This document shows positions 30,018-38,288 of a stretch of DNA of 46,386 nt, piece after piece. Each line of letters begins with the position of its first letter. The first letter of the stretch is position 1. The notes beneath the pieces were generated by a model that made no database searches, was not told the DNA's origin, and was given only the letters and a program-made list of their open reading frames with translations. The stretch comes from a virus. The translations under genes were made by a program, and so were the position numbers. The stretch lies in the IMG/VR virus record IMGVR_UViG_3300033056_000008, positions 1-46,386 of that record. One strand, 5' to 3'.

Positions 30018-30059
30018 CTCGATAGCACCCGTAAGAGTTTTAAAACTCCGGGAGGACCC
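30018..30059 (-). other. Putative cos site (cosQ/cosN-like)
   Basis: GGGTCCT (30053-30059), then 23 bp ending in TTACG, then GGTGCTATCGAG; immediately upstream of the small terminase. Confidence 0.6.
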
Positions 30060-30364
30060 AAGTGTTTTGTAAATTGTTGGAATTTAATTTAAAAGTGTTG
30101 CAAATGCTGTTGTATCAACGTTTGTCGTCACTTTTCCGTGCTAAATTTGTTTTTTTAAAATTTTACTTCTCACTTATAGGTGGCAAATGGATGACAGATT
30201 TTCTCCACTGCACCATATCTATGGAATTTTGGTGCACTCCTTTAAAGGCCGTGAGGCCTTGATAATACTGCATTTAAATAAAATTTTTAAATTGAGCTGA
30301 CAAACACCAATTTATGGTGCACTGCCGGTTTTTTCGAAGAAAAAAGGACAAAACGAAATGGATA

Positions 30365-30922
30365 TTATAAATTCAAATCCATATACGTCTTGTCCAGATA
30401 ATCTTTCTCTAATCCAATATACCGATAGGTAGTAATTTCCTTGTCATGATTAAATATCTTTTGGAGAGCTGCTATATTATTATTGTTTTTATAATGCCAG
30501 AAGCCAAAGGTCTTGCGCATTGTGTGATTGCCGCAGTTATTTCTAAATCCACAATCAATTGCTGCATTCTTTATTATTCGATAAGCTGTACTCCTATTGA
30601 TGTGCTTTACTTTCCCCTGTTTATCCTTCTGCCTGCTCAAAAATAAATACTCGTCATCTAGCCTCCCTTTTATGAAAGGAGTCAGCGCCTTCCTAAATGC
30701 TTTGTTTATAGGGACTTCCTTAGGCTTTCCTGTTTTCATTTCCACTAATTGTATTTCAATTCCCCTGACATCCCCCACTTTTAGCTTCAATAAATCCTGT
30801 ATCCTTAACCCTGTGTTGATACCTGCTACAAAAAGTACATAATCCCTTTCGTTTCTTTCTTTAAGATACTGTTTGATATCCTCCAGCATTTTTGCATCCC
30901 TAATTGGATGAACTAATTTCAT
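30365..30922 (-). CDS. Short tyrosine recombinase (catalytic domain only)
   Basis: TGLRIQDLL, NHTMRKTFG, FNH, TYRYIG. Confidence 0.88.
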   Translation of the reverse strand: MKLVHPIRDAKMLEDIKQYLKERNERDYVLFVAGINTGLRIQDLLKLKVGDVRGIEIQLVEMKTGKPKEVPINKAFRKALTPFIKGRLDDEYLFLSRQKDKQGKVKHINRSTAYRIIKNAAIDCGFRNNCGNHTMRKTFGFWHYKNNNNIAALQKIFNHDKEITTYRYIGLEKDYLDKTYMDLNL

Positions 30923-31551
30923 AAGCTAGAAACACCCTTTTCTTCCTGCAGTATTTTGGCCACTTTTTTATTTGCTCGAGAGAGCAAGGATTGAACACTG
31001 CTCCTTGAAATATTTAAGAACTTGGCTATTTCATATTGAGAATGTCCTTTGCTTTTTAAAAGCATGACTTCTAGTTCTCTTTTGCTTAATGCTGCCATTG
31101 CTTTATTTAAAATGATCTTTTCAGATGGTGTAATCACATTTTCTTTTGGACTACTATCCCATACAAATTGTGATTGCGTACTTCGAAAATATTGCTGCAT
31201 TCGAATTGGATCTACTGGTTTTGTGTTTTGATAAACAGACCGTCTTTCAATTCCCCTATTCGGTCCTGGCTTATGACCGTTCCTCATCCAGTAAATGGCA
31301 TATTCTAAATCCCCTTGAATTCCTTCGTATGTTTTATCTTCAGCTTTTAATAGCTGCTGTTTTACCAAGGCTTCCTGTTTGGATTTACAATCTCTCTTTC
31401 TCTTTAAAATAAATTCTTCTAGTCTCTCCACTTCAGATTTAATGGCTGCTCTTTTTTCTAAAATAGGAGCCAGCGATTTTTTATATTCTTTAATTAATAA
31501 TTCGAATTCCAAAATTTCATATCTTGGATTTTCTACAATGAATAATTCCAC
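30919..31551 (-). CDS. xpf: Xpf-like phage sigma factor (late positive control)
   Basis: DLEYAIYWMRNGHKPGPNRGIERRSVYQ and region-4 HTH SQYEIAKFLNISRSSVQSLLSRA resemble PBSX Xpf as recalled. Confidence 0.75.
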   Translation of the reverse strand: MELFIVENPRYEILEFELLIKEYKKSLAPILEKRAAIKSEVERLEEFILKRKRDCKSKQEALVKQQLLKAEDKTYEGIQGDLEYAIYWMRNGHKPGPNRGIERRSVYQNTKPVDPIRMQQYFRSTQSQFVWDSSPKENVITPSEKIILNKAMAALSKRELEVMLLKSKGHSQYEIAKFLNISRSSVQSLLSRANKKVAKILQEEKGVSSL

Positions 31552-31567
31552 TTATTTCTCCCCTTCT

Positions 31568-31678
31568 CTAATTCGACAATATGTATGTTTTTATGCGCAA
31601 TATTTTCGTGCTTCTTGTTACTAGCTTTTGCCATTTGGCTCTATACCAGCGATGGATAAAACTAGATCTGTATTTCAT
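31568..31678 (-). CDS. Small basic hypothetical peptide (36 aa)
   Basis: AAAGGAGA RBS; MKYRSSFIHRWYRAKWQKLVTRSTKILRIKTYILSN. Confidence 0.4.
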   Translation of the reverse strand: MKYRSSFIHRWYRAKWQKLVTRSTKILRIKTYILSN

Positions 31679-31781
31679 TTTTCTCCTTTATTACGACAGC
31701 TTGATAATCAACATATCTGACGAGTCAGTTAACATAATTAGGTATTACTCATAGTTGTATACGCTGTATGAAAATGAAAAG

Positions 31782-31982
31782 TTATTTGGTCAAGTCCTCA
31801 CTTGAATTGATTCGTTTACTCTCTTCTTTCATCAAATAACTGGTGTAAGGATCACGGAGATGGACGGTTATTGGCCCTGTCCTTTTGTCACTACGGTATT
31901 TATTCACTCCCCATTTCATCTGGAAAATCATTTTTCGTTTTTGTTTTTGAATCTTGGTTCTTTCATGCGTATTTTTTTGCAT
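31782..31982 (-). CDS. Hypothetical protein
   Basis: AAGGAG RBS, co-oriented with the early operon. Confidence 0.5.
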   Translation of the reverse strand: MQKNTHERTKIQKQKRKMIFQMKWGVNKYRSDKRTGPITVHLRDPYTSYLMKEESKRINSSEDLTK

Positions 31983-32041
31983 TAGTTCGACAACTCCTTA
32001 TGTAAAATTGCTGTGTGGTCTTCGCTGCACATTAGAAAAAT

Positions 32042-32113
32042 AAAAAAGGACACCGATAAAACAACAATTAATTGTTGTTTTATCAGTGTCCGCACGCTTT
32101 CGGTCTAGGACTT
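32042..32113 (-). terminator. Long hairpin terminator with a 5' GACCGAAAG leader
   Basis: 44-bp near-perfect palindrome 32048-32091 (one G-U), then T6 on the - strand. Confidence 0.7.
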
Positions 32114-32236
32114 ATTTTTTTATTTGTTTATATTTTCATTTCTCTAATAAAATATAAATTATTCCATGCAATACCATATACTAACAAAAGAATTTCGTTT
32201 AATATATCAATATCAATAAATATTTAGGAGTTTATT

Positions 32237-33805
32237 ATGGGCATAAATAGTCTTTATTTAAATGAACATGATTTAAAAGAACAACTAATAAAATTTGGTT
32301 ATTTTTCTGACCATATACCACCTTGCTTTAGTTCTGAATTATTATATAACCATTATGAAGCTTTAACGAGCTCTTGTGATAAAGGTTATAGTGAAAGTTT
32401 AACTATTACAATAGCTAAAAATGATGACCATAGAAGAACGATAAAAATACCAAATCCTGAACAACAATTACTTCTCTTTAAATACATACTAGATAACATT
32501 GAAAAAATCCAATCTATTTTAAGATCAAATAAGCATTCCTTATCTAATCCTATTAAAACAGAATTAATACATTATGATGATGAAGCCACCTTCTTTGATA
32601 TACCTTTTTTAAAAGATAAGCATAAAATTAGATCTAGCTATATTAAAAGTTTAGATACAAAAATACGTAAGTCAATGGGTTATAAATTTTTATATAAGCT
32701 AGATTTGTCAAATTTTTATGATAGCATCTATACTCATGCTATTGAATGGGCAATCATAGGTAAAGATAAAGCCAAGGAAAATGTACATAAAAAAACATAT
32801 AAAAATAATCTTGGGGAAATGCTTGATAAACTTGTTCGGAATACAAATTATAACGAGACATCTGGAATACCTACTGGTCCTTTTTCCTCTAGAATTATTT
32901 CAGAATTAATTTTAAAAAAAATTGATAATGATATAGAGAATTTAACAAAAGAAGTTGGTTTCAAATTTATCCATTATGTCGATGATTATGAATTTTATTT
33001 TAGAAATGAAGCAGATTTCAAAAAAATAATTCCTAAAATTAGAAAAGTATTTGACTTTTATCGACTAAAAATTAATGAAAGTAAAAGTAAGTTTTATTAC
33101 TATCCTTTTCATAATGCTAAGGATCTTAAAGAAGAGTTTTCTTTTTATATACAGAACTTTAAAAAAAGCCAAAATAAGCATGAAGTTAGACTATTATTTT
33201 TTAAAGCAGATGAATTAGTTCAACGAGGAGAAAAAGGCGCTTATAAATATTTATATAAACAATTAGACAAAACAGATTTAACTTTTGTCTGGAAAGAAAT
33301 TGAACCTTTTTTAATTGGACACCTCTTGATAAAACCATCCTTAGCCCAGTATATAATTAATATAATAGTAGATCATGATGAACTCGTTTCAAACGAATTA
33401 CTAATTGAATTAAGAGAAAATTTATTCATTAGTATTGAAAATCATATGGATAATGAAGCACAGTGGCTATTCTGGACACTTAGAAAATTAAAATATAATT
33501 TTTCTGCCAAAGACATCGCAAAGCTGTTAAAACTCACTGAGGACGATATATTAATCATTATGATTTTAGACACTGCACACTACGAAAAAAAAATAGAAAC
33601 TAAAAGCGTAAGTAAAGCGATAGACGAACTACTTACCCGAATCTCAAATGACAACCTTAGGAGTGAAAGGTGGTTATTAATATATGAGTGGGTTTTTAAT
33701 AAATGGTATAAGTTTGATACTTTAGAAAGTAAAATTAATGATTTTAAATTTTTCAAAGCACTAAAAAATAGAAAAATTAACTTTTACACCTCTATTGAAA
33801 TATAG
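32237..33805 (+). CDS. Reverse transcriptase, UG/Abi (DRT-type) with helical C-terminal domain
   Basis: GYFSDHIPPCF, RTIKIPNP, LDLSNFYDSIYTHAIEWA, GIPTGPFSSRIISE, HYVDDY, LKINESK, C-terminal WLLIYE...FFKALK...INFY; TAGGAG RBS. Confidence 0.9.
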   Translation: MGINSLYLNEHDLKEQLIKFGYFSDHIPPCFSSELLYNHYEALTSSCDKGYSESLTITIAKNDDHRRTIKIPNPEQQLLLFKYILDNIEKIQSILRSNKHSLSNPIKTELIHYDDEATFFDIPFLKDKHKIRSSYIKSLDTKIRKSMGYKFLYKLDLSNFYDSIYTHAIEWAIIGKDKAKENVHKKTYKNNLGEMLDKLVRNTNYNETSGIPTGPFSSRIISELILKKIDNDIENLTKEVGFKFIHYVDDYEFYFRNEADFKKIIPKIRKVFDFYRLKINESKSKFYYYPFHNAKDLKEEFSFYIQNFKKSQNKHEVRLLFFKADELVQRGEKGAYKYLYKQLDKTDLTFVWKEIEPFLIGHLLIKPSLAQYIINIIVDHDELVSNELLIELRENLFISIENHMDNEAQWLFWTLRKLKYNFSAKDIAKLLKLTEDDILIIMILDTAHYEKKIETKSVSKAIDELLTRISNDNLRSERWLLIYEWVFNKWYKFDTLESKINDFKFFKALKNRKINFYTSIEI

Positions 33806-33825
33806 TAGTTGAGTATTTATTATCT

Positions 33826-33867
33826 CTAAAAGAAACAGTTGTATAAATGTATAACTGTTTCTTTTAG
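33826..33867. terminator. Bidirectional hairpin between the convergent RT and xtrA genes
   Basis: CTAAAAGAAACAGTTGTA...TATAACTGTTTCTTTTAG inverted repeat. Confidence 0.7.
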
Positions 33868-33971
33868 GTTTTTCATACAACAATTCAATATCATAACTAA
33901 TCTACATTACTTGTACCTATTCATGCCTATAATTGGGACAAGTTTTTTTTTATACTATCTTTAGAAACAAC

Positions 33972-34184
33972 TTATAAAAGTTCACTTTCCCTGAAGTGAA
34001 CTCGACGGCTTTTCCCATCAACCGTCTCTATAATCGTTTCTCCATGACGTACAGCTTCACAATAGGAAGCTGTACCCTTGTTACCGTCCAGTACAAGAAC
34101 TTTAACTTTCCCTGGTTCTATAACTTCTTTGATGGACATATCTGGATTAATAGTAATTTCTTTAGTTCTTTTCACATTGAACAC
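33972..34184 (-). CDS. xtrA: XtrA/YqaO family protein
   Basis: IEPGKVKVLVLDG...EAVRHGETIIETVDGK; upstream of the xpf-like gene as in PBSX. Confidence 0.75.
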   Translation of the reverse strand: MFNVKRTKEITINPDMSIKEVIEPGKVKVLVLDGNKGTASYCEAVRHGETIIETVDGKSRRVHFRESELL

Positions 34185-34387
34185 TCCATTTTTGTTATAA
34201 TGATGGTAGGTTCAAACAACATATGGTCGGGCACTAGCTCGGCTTTTTTTCTTTTTAGGAGATATGTTTGAGTAACATTCATTTGAAAGATATCATGATC
34301 TTTTTCACAAGAATTTGAGCAAAATAAATAATTCTTATCCTTTGCATCAAACGTTTTACCACAGCAGCTACATTGACTATATAGCAT
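34172..34387 (-). CDS. Small Cys-rich (zinc-finger-like) protein
   Basis: CSCCGKTF...FCSNSC. Confidence 0.6.
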   Translation of the reverse strand: MLYSQCSCCGKTFDAKDKNYLFCSNSCEKDHDIFQMNVTQTYLLKRKKAELVPDHMLFEPTIIITKMECSM

Positions 34388-34484
34388 GGTTTATCCTCCG
34401 GAATAACTCATCAAGCGCTCGATGCCGATAGTCATTTGAATATCTTGCTAAATAGTAAAGTTGGCAAAAAGTTAATACAGTCAT
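34377..34484 (-). CDS. Small hypothetical peptide (35 aa)
   Basis: Fills the gap with ATGA-type overlap; MTVLTFCQLYYLARYSNDYRHRALDELFRRINHAI. Confidence 0.4.
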   Translation of the reverse strand: MTVLTFCQLYYLARYSNDYRHRALDELFRRINHAI

Positions 34485-34669
34485 ATAATCTGCTCCACTG
34501 TCACTTTTCTAGCCTGTTTAATCTTTTCCCTAATATGCAATAGTTCCAACTCTGCTAGTGATGCTTCGTATAGTTGTCTACCATCTGCCAATTTAGTAAC
34601 TTCAAAGTATATCAACTCACTGATAACAAACTCTTTTCTTTCTTCTTTAATCAATAATTGCTTTTCCAT
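34481..34669 (-). CDS. FbpA-family small protein
   Basis: ISELI...DGRQLYEASLAELE. Confidence 0.65.
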   Translation of the reverse strand: MEKQLLIKEERKEFVISELIYFEVTKLADGRQLYEASLAELELLHIREKIKQARKVTVEQII

Positions 34670-34680
34670 AATAACAACTC

Positions 34681-35739
34681 CTAGCTTCTTAGATTTTTAA
34701 TCTCTTCTTGCAAATCCAACAACAGTACTTCTTTCTCTTCAACAGACATAGGCTCTGTATTCTGAGAGTTACCAAACCATTCAGGGATTTTTTCAGTTCT
34801 AATATGCTTTCGATTATTACCATTTGTTCTTTGCTTAGTTTGCTGCTCCTTGTACTTTTGAATAAATGCATCAGCTTGTTTTACCGAAGTAATATTTTTA
34901 TCTGCCCAGTTACGCAGGATGCTTTCTACGTAAGCAAATGACTTAGCACCACGTTCAACTGCAATCTCCATTGCTTTTAGTACCAATTCAGCATTTAAAT
35001 CACCACACCAATGCATAATCTTTTGTGATATATGACTGCCAATCGTTCCAAATCCATTTTGCTCATAAAATTCAAATGGGTTTCCTGCCGGCAGACTATC
35101 TTTTTCTTCTTCAATATTATCTGAAGTAATTTCTGTAGTAGTATCTGAAGTAATCTCTGGTATTGCTCTTTCTTTTTCGACCTTTCCAGATTCCTTTTCG
35201 ACCTTTCTATGTTCTTTTACACCCTTTGAATTTTCTTTTTCATTTATCGTATTTTCTTTAAGAAAATACGTATTTTCCTTTTCGCAAAATACAACTGGTA
35301 AAGGGTAACCTTCTAAGCTATATCCTAAATTATATAAATCCAATTGTATTTTTAGGATATTAACACGGTATTGCAGTGTACGATCCATTTTTAATTTCGG
35401 ATTTCGTCTTTCATCCAGCCAGCCATTAGAAACAAGTACTTTTAAATATTCTCGCATGGCTTTTGGCTTAACATTAATCATCGTCTCAACAGATAAATCT
35501 TCTGCTTTCTTATAGATCCAACCGGAACTTTCTAATAAATTGACCGCTAGTTCCTCTGTATCCTTTACATCCTCAGAATACTTTTGCAATCGACCTATTT
35601 CTTCTTTTATAAATACCTCTGAATCTTCCTTGCGTTCAGACCAATAAAGCATTTGATTTAGAACAATAGCAAGCTTAAAATCTCCAGTTAGCTCGACTAG
35701 TTCTTCCTTTATAATCGCCTTTTTTGTTTTACTAGCCAC
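34681..35739 (-). CDS. Phage replication initiator with DnaD-like C-terminal domain
   Basis: N-terminal wHTH-like region; FEFYEQNGFG...YVESILRNW. Confidence 0.88.
   Translation of the reverse strand: MASKTKKAIIKEELVELTGDFKLAIVLNQMLYWSERKEDSEVFIKEEIGRLQKYSEDVKDTEELAVNLLESSGWIYKKAEDLSVETMINVKPKAMREYLKVLVSNGWLDERRNPKLKMDRTLQYRVNILKIQLDLYNLGYSLEGYPLPVVFCEKENTYFLKENTINEKENSKGVKEHRKVEKESGKVEKERAIPEITSDTTTEITSDNIEEEKDSLPAGNPFEFYEQNGFGTIGSHISQKIMHWCGDLNAELVLKAMEIAVERGAKSFAYVESILRNWADKNITSVKQADAFIQKYKEQQTKQRTNGNNRKHIRTEKIPEWFGNSQNTEPMSVEEKEVLLLDLQEEIKNLRS
35163..35292. repeat. 21-bp-period iteron-like repeats inside the initiator gene (putative origin)
   Basis: 7-aa periodicity KENTYFL/KENTINE/KENSKGV/KEHRKVE/KESGKVE/KERAIPE; TTTTCGACCTTTC occurs twice 21 bp apart. 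Confidence 0.6.
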
Positions 35740-35782
35740 CTAAATTTGCTCCCCTCATACTCACCAGCACTAACCAATTTAT

Positions 35783-36037
35783 CTAATAAAGCTCACAAAT
35801 ATAAATTTGGATTTGCTGAGAATTTGACTGTCCTGGTATTTCTCTTTTCAAATCATTGGCTTGGTCTTTTACTTCGTTTATACTGAGACCGAATATAATA
35901 GCTTGATATATTTCTTGAAACGATTCTTTTATTCTTATTACAAAATCAACCTGATAAAGCATAATTCCCTCCTCTTTAGTAGATCGGCGCGCACCGTAAT
36001 AGTTAGAAAGAAGAAATATAATCATCTTTCTAGCCAT
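35783..36037 (-). CDS. Hypothetical early protein (likely start MLYQVD)
   Basis: AGAGGAGGG RBS before the internal ATG. Confidence 0.5.
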   Translation of the reverse strand: MARKMIIFLLSNYYGARRSTKEEGIMLYQVDFVIRIKESFQEIYQAIIFGLSINEVKDQANDLKREIPGQSNSQQIQIYICELY

Positions 36038-36117
36038 TACGACAAGCCCGATAAGTACTTGTCAAACTGATATTTGCGTAAAAAGTAATCGAGTAACTTT
36101 TATAAATGAGTTTTAGT

Positions 36118-36480
36118 TTAACCTGTTATTGACTTTTTTAATTTCGGCCCTTTCTGCTTTTGAAAATCCTTCCTTATTTTCTCAAAAATCTCTCCGTAAA
36201 TACGATATTGCTTGGATTCTATTATTTGATTAGAATTACTCAAAAACTTCCCGTATTTATATAATGACTGAGAAACTAAAATCATTTCCATTCCGTCTAA
36301 TTCCACTGGATTATTCTCTTGATTAACTTTATTAAAAGCAATATCAAATAACTTTTTATTCATGCCTTGTAAGGTCGAACGATTATAATTCATAGCTCTG
36401 ATTAACATTGATTTCTGTTTTTGAAATAGAAAAATTGACTGTTTCATATAATGTCCTCCTATTAGCGTTCTGAAATCCAT
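36118..36480 (-). CDS. Hypothetical early protein (likely start MKQSIF)
   Basis: AGGAGG RBS before the internal ATG. Confidence 0.55.
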   Translation of the reverse strand: MDFRTLIGGHYMKQSIFLFQKQKSMLIRAMNYNRSTLQGMNKKLFDIAFNKVNQENNPVELDGMEMILVSQSLYKYGKFLSNSNQIIESKQYRIYGEIFEKIRKDFQKQKGPKLKKSITG

Positions 36481-36722
36481 TGCAATAAAAACTGCTTAGC
36501 TTTATCAGCAGGAAAATACCATTTGTTCCCGACTTTATATTTAGGAAATCTTGGATCAAAAAAAAATTCTTTTTGAATAGTATTCCAGCACATACAAGTT
36601 CTCCTTTTTAATTCATTGGCATCCCAGTAAACTAGTTCAGCATCAACCTCTGATATTTTTTCTTTTAGTTTCTCCATATACATTTGCTTAACTTCTTCCT
36701 GATCAATTTGAATACTTAGCAT
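36462..36722 (-). CDS. Putative excisionase/recombination directionality factor
   Basis: Small wHTH-like protein WDANELKRRTCM...DPRFPKYKVGNKWYFP; homologous to 43532-43792. Confidence 0.6.
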   Translation of the reverse strand: MLSIQIDQEEVKQMYMEKLKEKISEVDAELVYWDANELKRRTCMCWNTIQKEFFFDPRFPKYKVGNKWYFPADKAKQFLLQWISER

Positions 36723-36735
36723 TTTTTCTCCCTCA

Positions 36736-37248
36736 CTACTTATTAAATTTTCTAATCTTCATTGTTACGTTCCAAACTCGAAAAATATCTTTCATTGAAA
36801 AACGATATTCTTTACAAACACAAGCCACTAAGTTAATCATGCTTGCTGCAGCATCTAAAACTTCCATAAGTACTTTTTTCATTTCTTCTCTTTCATCTTC
36901 TGTTCGGACACTCGCTGGTTTTACCCAACACACACTATTAAGTTGTTCCAATGCTTCAGTTGTTTCTTTTCTTACTAAGTAATGCATACTAGCAGGATGT
37001 GGATCTATGTAATCACCATCAAAGTATGGGATACTTACTACACCACTAGCAGCCTCCCATGTTTCAAAATAAAATTGTGGGTCATCAACCGATAGTGTCA
37101 CTTCTTGATAAAGCTCCTTCGGCAATTTTCTTGCACCTGTTTCATATTTGGCAATCGCTTCTCGGCTGTAATTTACATCGGCTGCTAAATCTTCCTGCGT
37201 CATGCCCTGGCGTTTTCTTGCTTTTGATAACAAATCGCCAATGGCCAT
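36736..37248 (-). CDS. XRE-family HTH protein
   Basis: MTQEDLAADVNYSREAIAKYETG. Confidence 0.82.
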   Translation of the reverse strand: MAIGDLLSKARKRQGMTQEDLAADVNYSREAIAKYETGARKLPKELYQEVTLSVDDPQFYFETWEAASGVVSIPYFDGDYIDPHPASMHYLVRKETTEALEQLNSVCWVKPASVRTEDEREEMKKVLMEVLDAAASMINLVACVCKEYRFSMKDIFRVWNVTMKIRKFNK

Positions 37249-37322
37249 ATCATTTCCCCCTTTATTTTTTTGTCACATTTTCGTCATAGTTTTGTGTCAC
37301 ATAGTTTAATAAAATTACTATA

Positions 37323-37556
37323 TTAATCATCATCATTGATACATTTTGTATCATTAACGATAAAAAAAAGATCAGGAAAAAGTGTTCTCTCTGAAACAGA
37401 ATATAACTTTTCAAATTTTAGCATTGTTTCTCTTCCTGGATTTCTTAGACCCTTTTCAATTTTTCTAACAAATACTTCAGATAGTTCTAACTTTCGAGCA
37501 ACTTCTCTTTGTGTTAATTTCATTTTTATTCTTTCATCAACTAGTATCTGTCTCAT
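37323..37556 (-). CDS. Cro-like HTH regulator (start refined to ATG at 37556)
   Basis: LTQREVARKLELSEVFVRKIEKGLRNP; AAAGGAGGG RBS; divergent from the repressor. Confidence 0.85.
   Translation of the reverse strand: MRQILVDERIKMKLTQREVARKLELSEVFVRKIEKGLRNPGRETMLKFEKLYSVSERTLFPDLFFIVNDTKCINDDD
37338..37352. promoter_or_regulatory. Fifth repressor operator, at the 3' end of cro
   Basis: GATACATTTTGTATC. Confidence 0.7.
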
Positions 37557-37570
37557 AGTACCCTCCTTTC

Positions 37571-37685
37571 GATACAAATCGTATCAAAGTATAAACTGAT
37601 TATAAATGATACGATTTGTATCGTCAATATTTATTTGATACTTTATGTATCATTTATTTAAAACGATACATAAAGTATCTATAAT
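37571..37685. promoter_or_regulatory. Genetic switch: four GATAC-N5-GTATC operators and divergent SigA promoters
   Basis: Operators at 37571-37585, 37608-37622, 37637-37651, 37665-37679; leftward TTGACG-17-TATAAT (37627 to 37599); rightward TTTAAA-17-TATAAT (37657-37685). Confidence 0.88.
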
Positions 37686-37725
37686 AATAATTAAATAATC
37701 CTAATAATAGGAAGTAGGTATTATT

Positions 37726-38145
37726 ATGCTACCAGAGATTTTGAAGGAGTTAAGAGGTAAGGTTACTCAAGAAGAAGTAGCCAAACAGATAGGTCTTTCT
37801 AGAGCCAGATACTCCCATTACGAGAATGGTAGAAGTGAACCAGACAATGAAATGTTACAAAAAATAGCTGATTATTTTAATGTATCTGTTGATTATTTAT
37901 TAGGTAGAACTCCAATTAAAGATCCTGATGTTTCAGTTGCTGGAAAAAATCTTACTTTAACTCCAGAAGAATTTGAGATATTTAAAGAACTAAGAAAACA
38001 TCCTATCCTTTTTCATGATTTAGCGAAGAATCCTGAAAAAAAAATAAAAGAACTAATAAAATTACAAAAAGCAAGAAATATCTTATTAAATGATGATGAT
38101 GAAGAAAACAATCATGATGATGGATTTGGAGAATTAGAAGACTAA
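37726..38145 (+). CDS. xre: Prophage repressor, PBSX Xre-like
   Basis: LRGKVTQEEVAKQIGLSRARYSHYENGRSEPD...ADYFNVSVDYLLG. Confidence 0.88.
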   Translation: MLPEILKELRGKVTQEEVAKQIGLSRARYSHYENGRSEPDNEMLQKIADYFNVSVDYLLGRTPIKDPDVSVAGKNLTLTPEEFEIFKELRKHPILFHDLAKNPEKKIKELIKLQKARNILLNDDDEENNHDDGFGELED

Positions 38146-38179
38146 CACGATCTAATAGTTAATGATCGTGTTAATTTTT
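38143..38179 (+). terminator. Terminator after the repressor
   Basis: TAACACGATC...GATCGTGTTA plus T-rich tail. Confidence 0.6.
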
Positions 38180-38288
38180 AATTTACATATAGGATTTTTC
38201 TACTATTAAATAAACTTTTTTTGGATTTTTGTTCATTTCATAGAATTTTTTTGTTCTATAAAACACACAACATGTAAATTTGGGGTAA

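Noticed and set aside
446-31624. Many short + strand ORFs in the ORF track (e.g. 446-652, 10364-10747, 24251-24733, 28721-29002)
   Set aside because: They are antisense shadows of well-supported - strand genes, with no recognisable motifs.
32237-33805. RT as a retron, DGR or group II intron
   Set aside because: No retron NAxxH or VTG motifs, no evident msr-msd inverted repeats with an effector gene, no avd gene or TR/VR repeat pair noticed near the tail fibre, and no maturase or intron domain V signature. The motifs fit UG/Abi RTs.
37268-37305. TGTCACA repeats between cro and the next HTH gene
   Set aside because: Only two short copies in AT-rich DNA; possibly a binding site but too weak to call.
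37571-37679. Short regularly spaced repeats as a mini CRISPR array
   Set aside because: They are 15-bp palindromes with 13-22 bp gaps overlapping divergent promoters, which fits repressor operators; no cas genes are present.
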